Shown: one piece after another, positions 20,704 through 32,669 of the stretch
Layout: each line of letters begins with the position of its first letter
Position numbering within the stretch: the first letter of the stretch is position 1
DNA from: Desulfatiglandales bacterium
Lineage (GTDB): Bacteria; Desulfobacterota; DSM-4660; Desulfatiglandales; Desulfatiglandaceae
Direction of reading: 5' to 3'
Assembly (NCBI GenBank): GCA_963662465.1
Contig: OY759599.1
Location: forward strand, 7,200,001-7,264,000
DNA: 64,000 bases
The notes under the pieces: model-generated
Databases searched by the model: none
Seen by the model: the letters and a program-made list of their open reading frames with translations, nothing else
Told to the model about the DNA's origin: nothing
Translations under genes and position numbers: made by a program

Positions 20704-22646
20704 GAGGGGTTTGCGCTGTGCTTAAGTCTCTGGTATCCTGGAGGGATTTGGCAGTGTCAAAAAAACATTACCCCAAAAAAAAGATGGGTGGGCATCCTGA
20801 AATCAAGCACTTAGCTAGATCGAGTCGGAATTTTCCATTTTTTCACCCCAAGCGAAAGAACTTGTCGGAATACCTTGATTTTAATACAAAATATTGTACA
20901 ATGCCTTCATCAGATAACAGGATAGAGTGTTTCTTTAAATATTTGATGGAGGCCGAAACTTGGCAGCAGTGAGTCCGTTTCTTTTTTCGTGGAATGATGT
21001 CGAAGCACGCTCGGATTTGGACCGTTTCTATCTGGTGCGCGATAATCTGCCTGATGAGAATATTGTAGCGGCACTTGAAAAGCGTCGCGGCAATGGGAGA
21101 GATGATTTTCCGATACGCGCAATGTGGAACGCGCTTATTGCGGGAGTCGTGTTCCAGCATGCATCCATTGAATCTTTGATTCGCGAATTGTCCAGGAATC
21201 CGGCGTTATTAGAGGCATGCGGATTTGATATTCTGCCGAGGCAAAAAAAACCGGTAGCTGAACTGAGACGCAATGAGGAAACGGGCCGAATGGAAATCAT
21301 ACGGTCTGAGAGCGGAAATGCATATTTTTTGGTTCCAGGTAGTTGGAATTTCTCAAGATTTTTAAGGAGCGTCATAGAACTGGAAGAATATGGTAATATG
21401 GTCAGCGGCATGGTGCGTGGGCTTCGAGAATCCTTAATGACAGAACTCCCTGATTTTGGTTGTCATTTAGGGTATGACGGCAAGGCTATCAACAGTTATA
21501 GTACGGGACAAGAAAGCCGGAAAACCGGTGAAACCTCCGATACGGATGCAGATTGGGGCAAGCATGAAACGAAAGGGACAGACAGTAAAACCGGAAAGCA
21601 GTGGACAAAAGTAAAAAGCTGGTTTGGATATGGCCTTCATTTGATCGCTGATACCCTATATGAAATTCCGGTGGCAGTTCATGTAACACCTGCCTCGCAT
21701 TCGGAACACAAGGAACTGCGAAGCATGATCAAAGAAATTTTTGAGGAAACACCGCAGCTTGGCGAGCGCTGTGATGATTTTGTGGCGGACCGTGGTTTGG
21801 ATTCCGGCAAAACTAAGGCTCAGCTGTTGGATGAATATGGGATTCGGCCCGGCATTGATACCCGTGAACTGTGGAGAGATGAAAAGAATGAGCCGGGATA
21901 CGATCCTGCAAAACCGATCACACGACCTCTTTATCCTGACCGGGCAGATACCATTGTGTATACTGAGAAAGGGACAGTCCATTGTATTTGTCCGGCTACT
22001 GGAGAACAGCGGGACATGGCTTTTTGTGGCTTTGAAAAAAATCGCAATACCCTGAAATATCGTTGTCCCGCAGCTGCAAACGGCTTTTCCTGTGAAGGAT
22101 GTGGAGAGTGTTCATCTGCGGGGCAAGTTAATCCCGGAGATTATGGGCGAATTGTCAGAATAAATATCACTGAGGAAGATCGGCGAATCTTCACACCCAT
22201 TCCCTATGGTACGCAGGGTTGGGACCGAGCGTATAATCGGCGTTCTTCTTTGGAGAGAATCAACAGTCGGATCGATAATGATTTTGGTTTTGAGAAACAT
22301 TACATACGCGGCCAAGCCAAAATGCAAACAAGAGTTTGCTTGGCCACCGCCGTAATGATGGCAATGGCCCTTGGTCATGTAAGGGCTGGCCGTATTGAGC
22401 AAATGCGCTCCCTTGTACGGCCAATAGCCAGAGCCGCCTAATCCAATTTATTTAAAATAGTTATAAATAAATGATTTAATTTAAAGTTAAAGGGATTAGC
22501 ATGTCCAATTATCGGGTTTTTGGGGTATGTCTTTGGAAACCATAATATTCTGCTGCCATGTCGCCCTCTCAGACCTCGCGCCCGCGTTTTTTTGGGGCCC
22601 AGAACACCCCCGGTACGGCACAAAAACGGTACAGCGCAAACCTCTC
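20704..22646 (+). mobile_element. IS5/IS1182-like DDE insertion sequence (1943 bp) in mod
   Basis: TIR GAGGGGTTTGCGCTGT / ACAGCGCAAACCTCTC (15 of 16 match); TSD TAATTG at 20698-20703 and 22647-22652; exact family not certain. Confidence 0.9.
20960..22441 (+). CDS. DDE transposase
   Basis: YDGK, DTDADWG, WFGYGLHL, ADRGLD, YNRRSSLERINSR; GGAGG RBS before the TTG start. Confidence 0.92.
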   Translation: MAAVSPFLFSWNDVEARSDLDRFYLVRDNLPDENIVAALEKRRGNGRDDFPIRAMWNALIAGVVFQHASIESLIRELSRNPALLEACGFDILPRQKKPVAELRRNEETGRMEIIRSESGNAYFLVPGSWNFSRFLRSVIELEEYGNMVSGMVRGLRESLMTELPDFGCHLGYDGKAINSYSTGQESRKTGETSDTDADWGKHETKGTDSKTGKQWTKVKSWFGYGLHLIADTLYEIPVAVHVTPASHSEHKELRSMIKEIFEETPQLGERCDDFVADRGLDSGKTKAQLLDEYGIRPGIDTRELWRDEKNEPGYDPAKPITRPLYPDRADTIVYTEKGTVHCICPATGEQRDMAFCGFEKNRNTLKYRCPAAANGFSCEGCGECSSAGQVNPGDYGRIVRINITEEDRRIFTPIPYGTQGWDRAYNRRSSLERINSRIDNDFGFEKHYIRGQAKMQTRVCLATAVMMAMALGHVRAGRIEQMRSLVRPIARAA

Positions 22647-24934
22647 TAATTGGCTGACGCGTATCCTTTTTTATCCCACCATGTTATAGGGAGCGAATTT
22701 TCATCCATGCGTGTTTTGAAGTCTATATTTATTTCGCCGTTCACTGAACGTCTTACGCGAAAATCGTCTAATTCATGTGGTACCCGTTTATGTCCTCTTT
22801 GCCAATTTTTCTCAATTGCGGTACTTCCATTTTTGACCATTGGAAGCACAATTAGCTCATTATGTGAGGGAGATTCCAGTAGTTTGTATTCGCCATCTTT
22901 ATCGTCCCACTCCATGCGTGGAATTCTAATGGAATTCTTCTCATCAACGAATATTGGGTAAAACAGTTTCGGGCGATCCTCCCTTTTGTCGTTACTTCCA
23001 GATCGAATAAAATTAGCCCATGCATAATGTCCTTTGTCATCCTTTTTTGGATAACGCCCTAATCTCTTTTCTGTTATTTCCAGTGACGAAGGGACTGAGT
23101 GGTTTGATTTTCCGAAAAATAAGGCATATTCATGTGCTGGTGCAAATTTTCCTTTTGTTTTCCTGCCCGCGGGATTTGAGCGAACAACTGCAATCCCCAC
23201 TTGTTTATTGAATAATCCAGATAGAATTGACCTGAGGCCTGAAACTTCTTCATCATCAATTGCGACACAAATAATCCCGCTTTCTTTCATTAGTGAATGT
23301 GCGATTTTGGTACGCTCGGCCATAAGGCAAAAAAAACAGGAATCTTTATAATCATTTTTATACAGTATCGAGGATGCATCAGTATTATAAGGTGGGTCGA
23401 CATAAACAGTTTGAGCTGAAGCATTAAATTTTTCTTGAAGTATCATCAGACCATGAAAATTATCCGAGTGAATGACCAGGCCATCTGTGTTTTCTTCCAG
23501 ATCGATTTCTTCGGATAGCGCGTTTAGGAGTCGCCATTTAAAATCCTCATCGAAATGAACCGTATCAATAGGCAATTTCTTCCAGGCATAGAGATCCTGT
23601 TTTAAGCTTGAAACCTTTTCATCGGAGGGGATGTTTTCTTCTCCGAAAAGGTCTGCCCATTCTTGTTGCTGCTTTTCGTTTTTCAGCGTTTCTTCCAGAA
23701 AAGGTTGGGCTGAGGTTTCTCCCAGCCATCCCACCAGTTTGTCGATGGTAATGACCCATTCCGTATTCAGCACAAATTTTTTCTTCTCCCACAGTTTTTT
23801 CTGAAATTCTTCAATCTGGGATAGGAAATCGATGATGGTATCGGCAATGTTTTTGAATACCTTGATGGTTTTGAAATTGCGGCGAACATTTTCAAAATGC
23901 TCTTCCGTTTCCAGAACATAGAGATCATTTACATTGACCAGTTCGCTTTTGATGTAATAGTCAAGTTCACGTTGTAGAAAGCCCTTGAGATTTTTATGGA
24001 TAAAAAAATCGTAGTTGTTTTTTCGAGTGTAGTGATGGAGTTTTTTTAAGAGTAGCGTTTGTTCATTTTCCGCGACCCAAAGGGCGGCTGTTGCAGGCTC
24101 TTTTCTTAGTTTTGATTCAAGAACTCCCGCAGCCTTCTCATTGAGTTTGTCCTGTTTCTTTTGTGGGCCGATTTCTTTTTTTTCTTTTTCATTGAGTGGG
24201 CGGTATTCAAAAAATACATTCAGTTCGCTGTCGTTCAGTTCAGGCGCCTTTTCCGACAAAACAAAATATCTGTTGTTAGCGCCTTTGACGTTTCCTTGTT
24301 CCGTGGATGCATCTGTAAGCTTGAATGAAACGACAAAATTGTTTATGAGCCCTGGTGCTTTAAAGGCATATTTTCGAAATGTTTCGGATGATTTGATGTA
24401 ATACTGGTCATGATTAGCCCAATAAAAATGAACTTCTTCCCCATTGTAGGGCACCATGTATTTTTCATTTTTACCGAACCGGCGTTTGCTGATAAAATCG
24501 CCTTTGTCGTAATAGCGGGAAAAGAAAAGCGTTAAGTGGTTGTAGATGATTTCTTCCGTGTTTCTCTCGGCCCGGGCCGAATCAATTTGAAATTTCAGCT
24601 TTTTGTATTTCAGGATGTCCTCTTTGAAATCCTCTTCATACATCTCTAATCGGTTTGTTTGATGACTTGCCTTAGCTTCAAGCCATTTTTTGATATGCTG
24701 AATTTCTTCCAACTCGGCCAGCTCATTTTCAAGATCAAGAACCGTCGAATTTTCCAGGGAGATAAGCTGTCCGGCCACCCTGTCAACCAGTAATTCGTCG
24801 ATAAAACGTTTGATTTCCCTGCGTTTGTAGTGAAGAATTTTATAAATACCAAAATCAAGGTCCTGGCTTTCAAACTGAAACAGACGGTTTAGAAAGGCTT
24901 TAAGTTGTTCCAGTGCATTGCTGTTTTCCGGCAT
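22647..24934 (-). pseudogene. mod: Type III Mod adenine methyltransferase, N-terminal part
   Basis: DLDFGIY, HSDNFHGL, VYVDPPYNT (motif IV); rejoins as GYASAN|YGAAELKELF to give 1047 aa. Confidence 0.92.
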
Positions 24935-24967
24935 GTTCTTTTTCTCTCAAAGAGTTGATAAGGTTTT

Positions 24968-26314
24968 TCAGTATAGCTTTCGTACTTTCTCCATAAACAG
25001 CCGTTCTATCTTTTTCAAGCGTTTTTCACTTTCGGCTTCAAAACGGAGAACCAGTGCCGGCTGGGTATTGGAAGCCCTGATGAGTCCCCAGCCGCCGTCC
25101 AGGAGGACCCTGGCGCCGTCCAGGTCGATGACCTTATGGTCTCTTCTGAATTGGTCGGCAACGGCGGTTACGATGCCGAATTTTTTGTGGTCAGGGCATT
25201 CCATGCGGATTTCAGGGGTGTTTACCAAACTCGGAAGACCCTTCAGAAGCGCCCCCAATCCCTCATTCGTCTTTGAAAGGATTTCCAGCAGTCTTGCTCC
25301 GGCGTAGATGGCGTCATCATAGCCGAAATATCGTTCTCCAAAGAAAATATGCCCGCTCAATTCGCCCGCCAGGAGGGCTTTTTCTTCCTGCATCTTGCTC
25401 TTGGTGAGGGAGTGCCCGGATTTCCACATGATGGGATTTCCCCCGTGGGTCTTGATGTCGTCAAATAACGCCTGGGAGCATTTCACGTCTCCGATGATCT
25501 TGGCGCCGGCATGCCGCGTCAACAGGTCCCGGGAGAAGATCATCATCAAATGGTCCGCGGCAATAATGTGTCCCTCCCGGTCCACCACTCCGATTCTGTC
25601 TCCGTCTCCATCAAAGGCGATGCCGAGATCTGCTGTTTTTTTGCGAACCCTTTTGATGAGCCATTGCAGATTTTCCGGTAGGGTGGGATCGGGATGGTGG
25701 TTTGGAAATCGGCCGTCCGGTTCACAGAAAAGGGGATGGACCTCAAAGCCCAGACGGCGGTAGATTTCAACTGCCGAGGGTCCGGCAACGCCGTTTCCGC
25801 CGTCCACCACGACACTTCGTATTACGGGTCCCGGTTGAATGTTTCCGGCCATATATTGGATATAGGATGCGTCCACCGAGGTTTTAAGAAGCTTGCCCTT
25901 TGCGGTTATAAAGTCGTCTAATTCAGCGATTTTTCTGATTTTCTGGATTTCTTCCCCATAAACGGATTGATGTCCCAGACAGATTTTAAAGCCATTGAAT
26001 TCCGGCGGGTTGTGGCTGCCGGTGATCTGTATGCCGCCATCCACATGGAGATGATGCAGGGAAAAATAGAGCATTGGGGTGGGGACCATGCCCACGTCTA
26101 CAATGGCCATGCCCGATTCCAGAAGACCTCGTGAAAGCCATGTGATCAGATCCGGAGAGCTGAGCCTGCAATCCCGACCCAGCGATATCCGCCGGGCGTT
26201 CTTTTCCTGAAAATAAGTTCCGAGGGCCAGTCCCAGACGATAAATATCCTTTTCGTTCAATTCTTCGGGAAAAACGCCCCGGATATCGTATTCCCTGAAA
26301 ATGTGCGGAATCAC
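24968..26314 (-). CDS. algC: Phosphomannomutase/phosphoglucomutase
   Basis: FREYDIRG, TGSHNP, FDGDGDR, GELSGH, RASNT; GTGA overlap with the manC stop. Confidence 0.92.
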   Translation of the reverse strand: MIPHIFREYDIRGVFPEELNEKDIYRLGLALGTYFQEKNARRISLGRDCRLSSPDLITWLSRGLLESGMAIVDVGMVPTPMLYFSLHHLHVDGGIQITGSHNPPEFNGFKICLGHQSVYGEEIQKIRKIAELDDFITAKGKLLKTSVDASYIQYMAGNIQPGPVIRSVVVDGGNGVAGPSAVEIYRRLGFEVHPLFCEPDGRFPNHHPDPTLPENLQWLIKRVRKKTADLGIAFDGDGDRIGVVDREGHIIAADHLMMIFSRDLLTRHAGAKIIGDVKCSQALFDDIKTHGGNPIMWKSGHSLTKSKMQEEKALLAGELSGHIFFGERYFGYDDAIYAGARLLEILSKTNEGLGALLKGLPSLVNTPEIRMECPDHKKFGIVTAVADQFRRDHKVIDLDGARVLLDGGWGLIRASNTQPALVLRFEAESEKRLKKIERLFMEKVRKLY

Positions 26315-27387
26315 AACAGTGTATCCTTTCCCATTTCTTTCAGCTTGTCCACGATTTTCCGAATATCCTGGGATTGATTGAGGTTGGCTACCAGCACTGT
26401 GTCCCCGGTATCTACCACCAGGCAGTCCGTGAGTCCCAGGCATGTCACCAACCGGTTTCCGGCGCTTCTGACGAAACTTTTTTCGCAGTCAATGAGGAGG
26501 GTTTCTCCTTCGGCCAGATTCCGGTTGCCGTCGCACTCGTCCGCTCTCAATTCATAAAGGGATTCCCATGACCCCACATCGCTCCAGCCGCATTCCGAGG
26601 GAATGACGAACACCGGTTGTCGGGTGTTTTCCATGATTCCGTAATCAAAGGAGATGCTTTTCAGGTTTTCATAGGCTGCCTTGAATTCCCCCTCAAAGCG
26701 ATCCGTACCCAGGGCTGCCCCAATCCGCTCAAGGCCTTTGTGCAGGTCCGGCAATTGTTTTTCAATTTCTTTCAGGATGGTCTCGGGTGTGGCCACGAAA
26801 ATGCCGGCGTTCCAGTAATAGTCGCCGCTTTTAAGATAAGCGTGGGCTTTTTCAAGGTCGGGCTTTTCAACGAAAGCTGAAACTCGGTAGGTATTTATGA
26901 TTCCTGAACCGGTTGTGTCCGGGGTCTTCCGGATGTATCCGTAACCGGTTTCAGGCCGCGTGGGTACGATTCCCAGCGTCACGATACCCCCTGCCGTTGC
27001 AAGTTCTCCAGCTGTCTTGAGATCCGCCAGAAAGGCTTTGGGGTTGCTGATGAAGTGATCCGCCGGCAGGAATGCCACCGGTTCCTCGTTTCTCAGATGT
27101 CGGGCGTAGAGAGCGCCCAGACCCATGCAGGGGGCCGTGTTTCGGCCCACGGGTTCCGCCAGCATATGAACGCCTCGGCCCTCAAAAAGCGCTGCGGCTT
27201 CTTCCTTGTGTTCTTTTCCCATGACCAGAATGACCTTGTCGTCATCAATTAAAGAGGAGAGCCGGTTGCAGGTATCCACCACCATGGGGCCCTTGCCCGT
27301 AATGTTTAAAAATTGCTTTGGCTGTTGCCTTCGACTTGCCGGCCAGAAACGTGTTCCGGAACCCCCGCACATGATCACTGCATGCAT
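26311..27387 (-). CDS. manC: Mannose-1-phosphate guanylyltransferase
   Basis: GGSGTRFWPASR, PKQ, EPVGRNTAP, PADH, FVEKP, WSDVGSW. Confidence 0.93.
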   Translation of the reverse strand: MHAVIMCGGSGTRFWPASRRQQPKQFLNITGKGPMVVDTCNRLSSLIDDDKVILVMGKEHKEEAAALFEGRGVHMLAEPVGRNTAPCMGLGALYARHLRNEEPVAFLPADHFISNPKAFLADLKTAGELATAGGIVTLGIVPTRPETGYGYIRKTPDTTGSGIINTYRVSAFVEKPDLEKAHAYLKSGDYYWNAGIFVATPETILKEIEKQLPDLHKGLERIGAALGTDRFEGEFKAAYENLKSISFDYGIMENTRQPVFVIPSECGWSDVGSWESLYELRADECDGNRNLAEGETLLIDCEKSFVRSAGNRLVTCLGLTDCLVVDTGDTVLVANLNQSQDIRKIVDKLKEMGKDTLL

Positions 27388-27408
27388 GACATCCTCCTTA
27401 TCTTTAAA

Positions 27409-28614
27409 TCACGTTCGATAATTCGCATTGATGCTGATGTATTCGTGGGTGAGGTCGCTGGTGACCACATGTTCAAAGTGGGCGCCCTGATGAAGGTCAA
27501 TGCTGAGGGTGAATTCCTTTCGGGTCATTATCTCAGCTGCCTGTTTTTCAACCTCTACGCCGTTTCCGAGCCCGCTTGAGACAATCAGGATATCGTTGAT
27601 CCGGATATCAACGCACGTTTCATCCATTTCGATATCCGCCCGTCCAAGGGCTGCCATAATCCTTCCCCAATTGGGGTCCTGGCCGTAAAAGGCGGTTTTA
27701 ACAAGGCTGGAGTTGGCCACGGTCCGGGCCGCTTTCAGGGCGTCCTTGGCGGAAAAGGCGTTCCTTATTTCAATGTCCACCAGTTTAGTGGCGCCCTCTC
27801 CGTCTTTCACGATCATTCGCGCCAATTTTTCCATGACGCCGGTCAAGCCCTCCTTGAATTGCGCGTGATCCTTTTCGGACAGGGTTGTGTTACCGGCCAT
27901 TCCGTTGGCCAATATCAAAACCATATCGTTGGTGCTGGTATCTCCGTCCACCGTAATCCGATTAAAGGTCTTTTCCACGGAAGCTTGAAGGGCTTTTTGC
28001 AGATCGTCGGGCGCTGTTTGAATATCGGTTAGAATAAAACACAACATGGTGGCCATGTTCGGCATGATCATGCCGGCGCCTTTGGCAAATCCCACAATGC
28101 GGTAGGGGTGGTTGCCGGCCCGACCGTCAAAGCGGCTGGTTTTGGGGAAGGAGTCCGTGGTCATGATGGCCCGGGCCGCCATGGGAATGCCTTCAGGCGT
28201 CAAGGCTTCCTTCAATTTGGGAATCGCGTTTGAAATTTTGTCCATGTTTAGCTTTTGACCGATCACCCCCGTGGAAGCCACCAGGACGTTGTCCGGTGGA
28301 ATACCCAAGTATTGTCCCACAAGATCCGCTGTTCGCTCGGCATCCGCAAGTCCATGCGCGCCTGTGCAGGCATTGGCGTTTCCCGCATTGGCGATAATGG
28401 CCATCGCCGTTCCATTTTCAATGTTTTTCCGGCTGAGCATAATGGGAGCTGCTTTGACCTTGTTGGCGGTAAAGACCCCGGCTGCCGTTGCGGCCCTCTC
28501 CGACACAATCAATGCCAGATCGAGTCCATGGCCTTTTTTCAGCCCCGATGCTACCGCTGCCGCGGTGAACCCCTGTACCATCGGTATCTCTTTTTGTTCC
28601 ATCAGTTCGCTCAT
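27409..28614 (-). CDS. argJ: Bifunctional ornithine acetyltransferase/N-acetylglutamate synthase
   Basis: GNANACTG, STGVIG, MTTD, KGAGMIMPNMATML, DGDTSTND, DGEGATK. Confidence 0.96.
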   Translation of the reverse strand: MSELMEQKEIPMVQGFTAAAVASGLKKGHGLDLALIVSERAATAAGVFTANKVKAAPIMLSRKNIENGTAMAIIANAGNANACTGAHGLADAERTADLVGQYLGIPPDNVLVASTGVIGQKLNMDKISNAIPKLKEALTPEGIPMAARAIMTTDSFPKTSRFDGRAGNHPYRIVGFAKGAGMIMPNMATMLCFILTDIQTAPDDLQKALQASVEKTFNRITVDGDTSTNDMVLILANGMAGNTTLSEKDHAQFKEGLTGVMEKLARMIVKDGEGATKLVDIEIRNAFSAKDALKAARTVANSSLVKTAFYGQDPNWGRIMAALGRADIEMDETCVDIRINDILIVSSGLGNGVEVEKQAAEIMTRKEFTLSIDLHQGAHFEHVVTSDLTHEYISINANYRT

Positions 28615-28628
28615 TTTATTCCTCGGGC

Positions 28629-31487
28629 CTATTTGCCGGCCCCACAGCACTTTTTGTATTTTTTCCCGCTGCCGCAAGGGCATGGTGCATTCCTGCCAAC
28701 TTTTTCTTCCTTTCGCCGGACCGTAACGCCGCCCTCATCGCCATCCCCACGGTTTAGGTTCAAAGTCCTTTTCTTCTTGGGCATGATCTCCGGTTCCCGG
28801 CGCACGATCTGTATGCGGAAAAGGGTTCGAAGGATTTCTTCCCGGATTTGGTCCATGAGTTCGCCAAACATGGCAAACCCTTCTTTCTGATACTCTTTCA
28901 GTGGGTCAAGCTGTCCATACCCGCGCAGTCCGACCCCTTCCTTCATGTGGTCCATGGCTTGCAGATGGCTTACCCATTTATCGTCAATGATCTGAAGAAT
29001 GAAATAACGCGCCAAACGTTCCAGGTCTTCTTTTCCAAACAGCTTTTCCCGTTCCCCGTATTCCGCGAGTGCGCGTTCTTTGATCAGGTCCGGAAGGGTT
29101 TCCCTTTTCAGGGTATCAAAGGCCTCTTCTCCCATTGTTTCAGGCCCGATATTGGCGGGAAAACCGAACAGCCAGGAAATGCCGGCGTTTAATTCTTTCA
29201 GGTTCCAGTCTTCGGGGTGCGCCTTCGGGTCGATCCACTGTTCAACCAGGGTTTCTGTTTTCTGATCGATCATTTCCTCGATCATTTCCCGGAGGTTTTG
29301 CCCTTGAAGGATATCTTTTCTCAGGGAATAGATGATTTCCCGGTGTTTGTTCATTACGTCATCATAGTCCAGGAGATGCTTTCGCATGTCGAAGTTGCGG
29401 GCTTCAACCTTTTTCTGCGCATTTTCAATGCCTCGGGAAATCAGGCTGTGTTCAATGGGTTCCCCTTCTTCCATCCCCAATCGTTCCATGATGGAGGAGA
29501 TGCGGTCTGAACCGAAGATCCGCAACAGGTCATCTTCCAGGGAGAGGTAGAAGCGGGAGGTGCCGGGGTCGCCCTGCCGACCGGAGCGGCCGCGCAACTG
29601 GTTGTCCACCCGCCGGCTTTCGTGTCGTTCGGTGCCTAGGATGTGCAGCCCGTCCAATTCCCTGACCCCTTCTCCCAACACAATATCCGTGCCCCTGCCA
29701 GCCATATTGGTCGAAATGGTTACGGTTTTTGCCTGCCCGGCATTGGCAATGATCTCCGCCTCTTTCTGGTGATGTTTGGCATTGAGAACGGAGTGGGGAA
29801 CGCCGGCTCGCTTGAGCATTTTGCTCAACATCTCGGATTTTTCGATGGAGATGGTGCCCACGAGAACCGGCTGGCCCTTTTCGTAAAGTGCCTTGATTTC
29901 ATCCACGGCGGCTATGAATTTTTCCCGTTCGGTCTTGTAGATGACATCCGGGTAATTGATACGCGCCATTTTCTTGTTGGTGGGAATGACGACAACGTCC
30001 AGCTTATAGATATTATTGAATTCGGCCGCTTCCGTGTCGGCTGTACCGGTCATGCCGGCGAGCTTGTCGTACATGCGGAAGTAATTTTGAAAGGTCACCG
30101 TGGCCAGGGTCTGGTTTTCTCCCGCAACCTTTACCCCTTCCTTGGCTTCCACCGCCTGATGCAGACCATCGCTCCACCGACGTCCCGGCATCATTCGGCC
30201 CGTGAATTCATCCACGATCATGATTTCGTTGTCTTTGATGACGTAGTGGACATCTTTTTCAAAGAGCCAGAAGGCTTTCACCAGTTGCTGGATGGCATGG
30301 ATGAGTTCGGACGTCCGCATGTATCGCTCTTCAATTTCCCTGAGTCGGACGTCTTTTTCCGCATCGGTGAGGTTTTCGTTCTGGCGAATGGTGTGGCTTT
30401 CGTCGTCCAGGTCGGGAAGGGTGAAATCATCCGAGCCGTTTTTCGAAAGGAGATCGATCCCCTTTTCAGTGAGTTCCACGGCGTTGCTCATTTCGTCAAT
30501 GGTGCAGTAAAGATCCTGGTCCAGATCGGGTAAAATTTTCTGACTGCGCAACATGCTTTCCGTTTTGTCGATCTGCTTTTTTAACGCCTGGTTTTGAGCT
30601 ACCATATCCAGGTAAACCGGGTTCTTGGGGTCTGCTCTCTTGATTTTGAGCAGGGTTTCAATGGTGTTGTCATCCACCTGATGGCTATCCAGGAGCCCGC
30701 GCACGTCTTTTAGCAGAGATTGGACAATGGCCCCCTGTTTCTGTCTAAGACGCATGACAAGGGGTTTGACCTCTTCAAATATCTTGTTTTCACTATGTTC
30801 TATGGGACCGCTGATGATCAGCGGCGTTCTCGCTTCATCGATGAGGATGCTGTCCACTTCATCCACGATGGCATAACGGAATTCTCTCTGAACAAAGTCC
30901 TTCACCTCAAATTTCATGTTGTCGCGAAGGTAATCAAAACCGAACTCATTATTGGTGCCATAGGTGATGTCGCAGGCATAAGCCGCCTTCCGTTCGGCGT
31001 CGTCAATGCCGTGTACGATCACCCCCACACTCAGTCCCAGGGCATGATATATGGCGCTCATCCACTCGGAGTCCCTTTTGGCCAGGTAGTCATTGACCGT
31101 TATCAGGTGGACTCCCCGACCTTCCAGCGCATTGAGGTAGAGTGGTAGCGTGGCGGCTAAAGTTTTTCCCTCGCCGGTTTTCATCTCGGCGATCTTTCCC
31201 TGGTGGAGTACGATCCCGCCGATGAGCTGTACGTCAAAATGTCGCATGCCCAGGGTTCGCACCGAGGTCTCCCTCACGGCGGCAAAGGCTTCCGGGAGGA
31301 TGTCGTCCAGGGTTTCTCCCTTTAAAAGTCGCTCTCTGAATTCAGCTGTTTTAGAAAGCAGGGCATCATCCGAGAGGCCTTTGAAATCGGGTTCTAGCTG
31401 ATTAATGCGCTCCACCAAGGGGGCCATCTGTTTGAGGGTGCGTTCGTTCTTGCTGCCGAAAATTCCTTTTAATACTTTTCCAAACAT
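28629..31487 (-). CDS. secA: Preprotein translocase ATPase SecA
   Basis: [51 protein letters not shown]-terminal [13 protein letters not shown]. Confidence 0.98.
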   Translation of the reverse strand: MFGKVLKGIFGSKNERTLKQMAPLVERINQLEPDFKGLSDDALLSKTAEFRERLLKGETLDDILPEAFAAVRETSVRTLGMRHFDVQLIGGIVLHQGKIAEMKTGEGKTLAATLPLYLNALEGRGVHLITVNDYLAKRDSEWMSAIYHALGLSVGVIVHGIDDAERKAAYACDITYGTNNEFGFDYLRDNMKFEVKDFVQREFRYAIVDEVDSILIDEARTPLIISGPIEHSENKIFEEVKPLVMRLRQKQGAIVQSLLKDVRGLLDSHQVDDNTIETLLKIKRADPKNPVYLDMVAQNQALKKQIDKTESMLRSQKILPDLDQDLYCTIDEMSNAVELTEKGIDLLSKNGSDDFTLPDLDDESHTIRQNENLTDAEKDVRLREIEERYMRTSELIHAIQQLVKAFWLFEKDVHYVIKDNEIMIVDEFTGRMMPGRRWSDGLHQAVEAKEGVKVAGENQTLATVTFQNYFRMYDKLAGMTGTADTEAAEFNNIYKLDVVVIPTNKKMARINYPDVIYKTEREKFIAAVDEIKALYEKGQPVLVGTISIEKSEMLSKMLKRAGVPHSVLNAKHHQKEAEIIANAGQAKTVTISTNMAGRGTDIVLGEGVRELDGLHILGTERHESRRVDNQLRGRSGRQGDPGTSRFYLSLEDDLLRIFGSDRISSIMERLGMEEGEPIEHSLISRGIENAQKKVEARNFDMRKHLLDYDDVMNKHREIIYSLRKDILQGQNLREMIEEMIDQKTETLVEQWIDPKAHPEDWNLKELNAGISWLFGFPANIGPETMGEEAFDTLKRETLPDLIKERALAEYGEREKLFGKEDLERLARYFILQIIDDKWVSHLQAMDHMKEGVGLRGYGQLDPLKEYQKEGFAMFGELMDQIREEILRTLFRIQIVRREPEIMPKKKRTLNLNRGDGDEGGVTVRRKEEKVGRNAPCPCGSGKKYKKCCGAGK

Positions 31488-31632
31488 GATTTTATTTACC
31501 AATACGAGAGTTGTCAGGCAATACTGTTGTCAGGGCGCATTAAAAAACTTTGCGGTCTAAAAATCAAGGGCTTATGTACCGATCTTCGATTTCTGACATG
31601 GGAAGGCGGAAAAAGAGGTGAAATTTTTGAAA

Positions 31633-32595
31633 TCAATTAAAAATATAGCGAAGCGGATTTACGGGGACGTTGTTCAGGTGAACTTCATAGTGAAGGTGGG
31701 AACCGGTGGTTCTGCCGGAATTGCCGACCAGACCGATGGTTTCGCCTTTTTTGACATATTGACTCTTTTTGACCAGGAACTTACTAAGATGCGCATATTT
31801 TGTTTTGAGACCGTTACCATGTTTCATGACGATGACCCTGCCGTATCCGTTTTTCCAGCCGGCGAAAATGACCAGTCCGTTTGCCGGTGAAAGAATTGGG
31901 GCGCCCTTCCTCGTGGAGATATCAATTCCCTTGTGAAACTCTTTCTTTTGGGTGAAAGGGGAGGAGCGGTAACCAAAACGCGAACTCAACCATCCCTTGG
32001 TGGGCCAGATGGAAGGCGTTGAGGCCAGAAGCATTTTCTGATCGTCCAGAAATTTTGCTAAGCTTTCATTGTTTTGCCGGCTTAAGTCTATTTCACTTTC
32101 AAGATTATCCAAGGATTGGTGCATGTTGCGAACCAGCTTGCGGTCGGCTTTACGAAGGTTTTCCTTGGGATTGAGCAGAATGGCGTCCGAACCGCCCATG
32201 CCCCTGAATTTTCCCGCATCTTCCGCGCCCACCTGGTCTGCAAGCGCTTTTAGATTTTTTTCCTGCTTTTTCAGTTCGCCTATGTCTCGGGTGACGGCAT
32301 CAATACGATTCGCCATCAGGATGAGCTGTTTTTGCTGAAGCGCGTTTTTCGCTTCCAGCATGGCCATATGAGGCACTTTTGCTTTAAGGGACAGGTAGTC
32401 CTTCATGATCCCGAGACCGAAAAAGAATACGCCAGCCAAGAGAAGAATGGCAAAAATAGGGAGTATTTTCGGGAGCTTGAATTGTTTAACCCTGCTGGAA
32501 CCTTCCGGAACCAGCAATACCGTGAACTTTTTAGAGAACAAAAAAACACTCCAGGTAGAGGGTAAAGTGTTAAGGAAACAAGCGATATCGACCAC
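31633..32595 (-). CDS. M23 family metallopeptidase with TM helix and coiled coil
   Basis: TPSIWP, HKGID (HxxxD), HLHYEV (HxH); start codon uncertain. Confidence 0.9.
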   Translation of the reverse strand: MVDIACFLNTLPSTWSVFLFSKKFTVLLVPEGSSRVKQFKLPKILPIFAILLLAGVFFFGLGIMKDYLSLKAKVPHMAMLEAKNALQQKQLILMANRIDAVTRDIGELKKQEKNLKALADQVGAEDAGKFRGMGGSDAILLNPKENLRKADRKLVRNMHQSLDNLESEIDLSRQNNESLAKFLDDQKMLLASTPSIWPTKGWLSSRFGYRSSPFTQKKEFHKGIDISTRKGAPILSPANGLVIFAGWKNGYGRVIVMKHGNGLKTKYAHLSKFLVKKSQYVKKGETIGLVGNSGRTTGSHLHYEVHLNNVPVNPLRYIFN

Positions 32596-32669
32596 TCAAT
32601 CTCGCTTGATAGCATACTCGTTTTTGACTGTCAACAGGGATTATTGCTAATTGGACCCCATAAACCTTT

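Noticed and set aside
31510..31534. GTTGTCAGG direct repeat upstream of secA
   Set aside because: Two 9-mers only; cannot be distinguished from chance without comparative data
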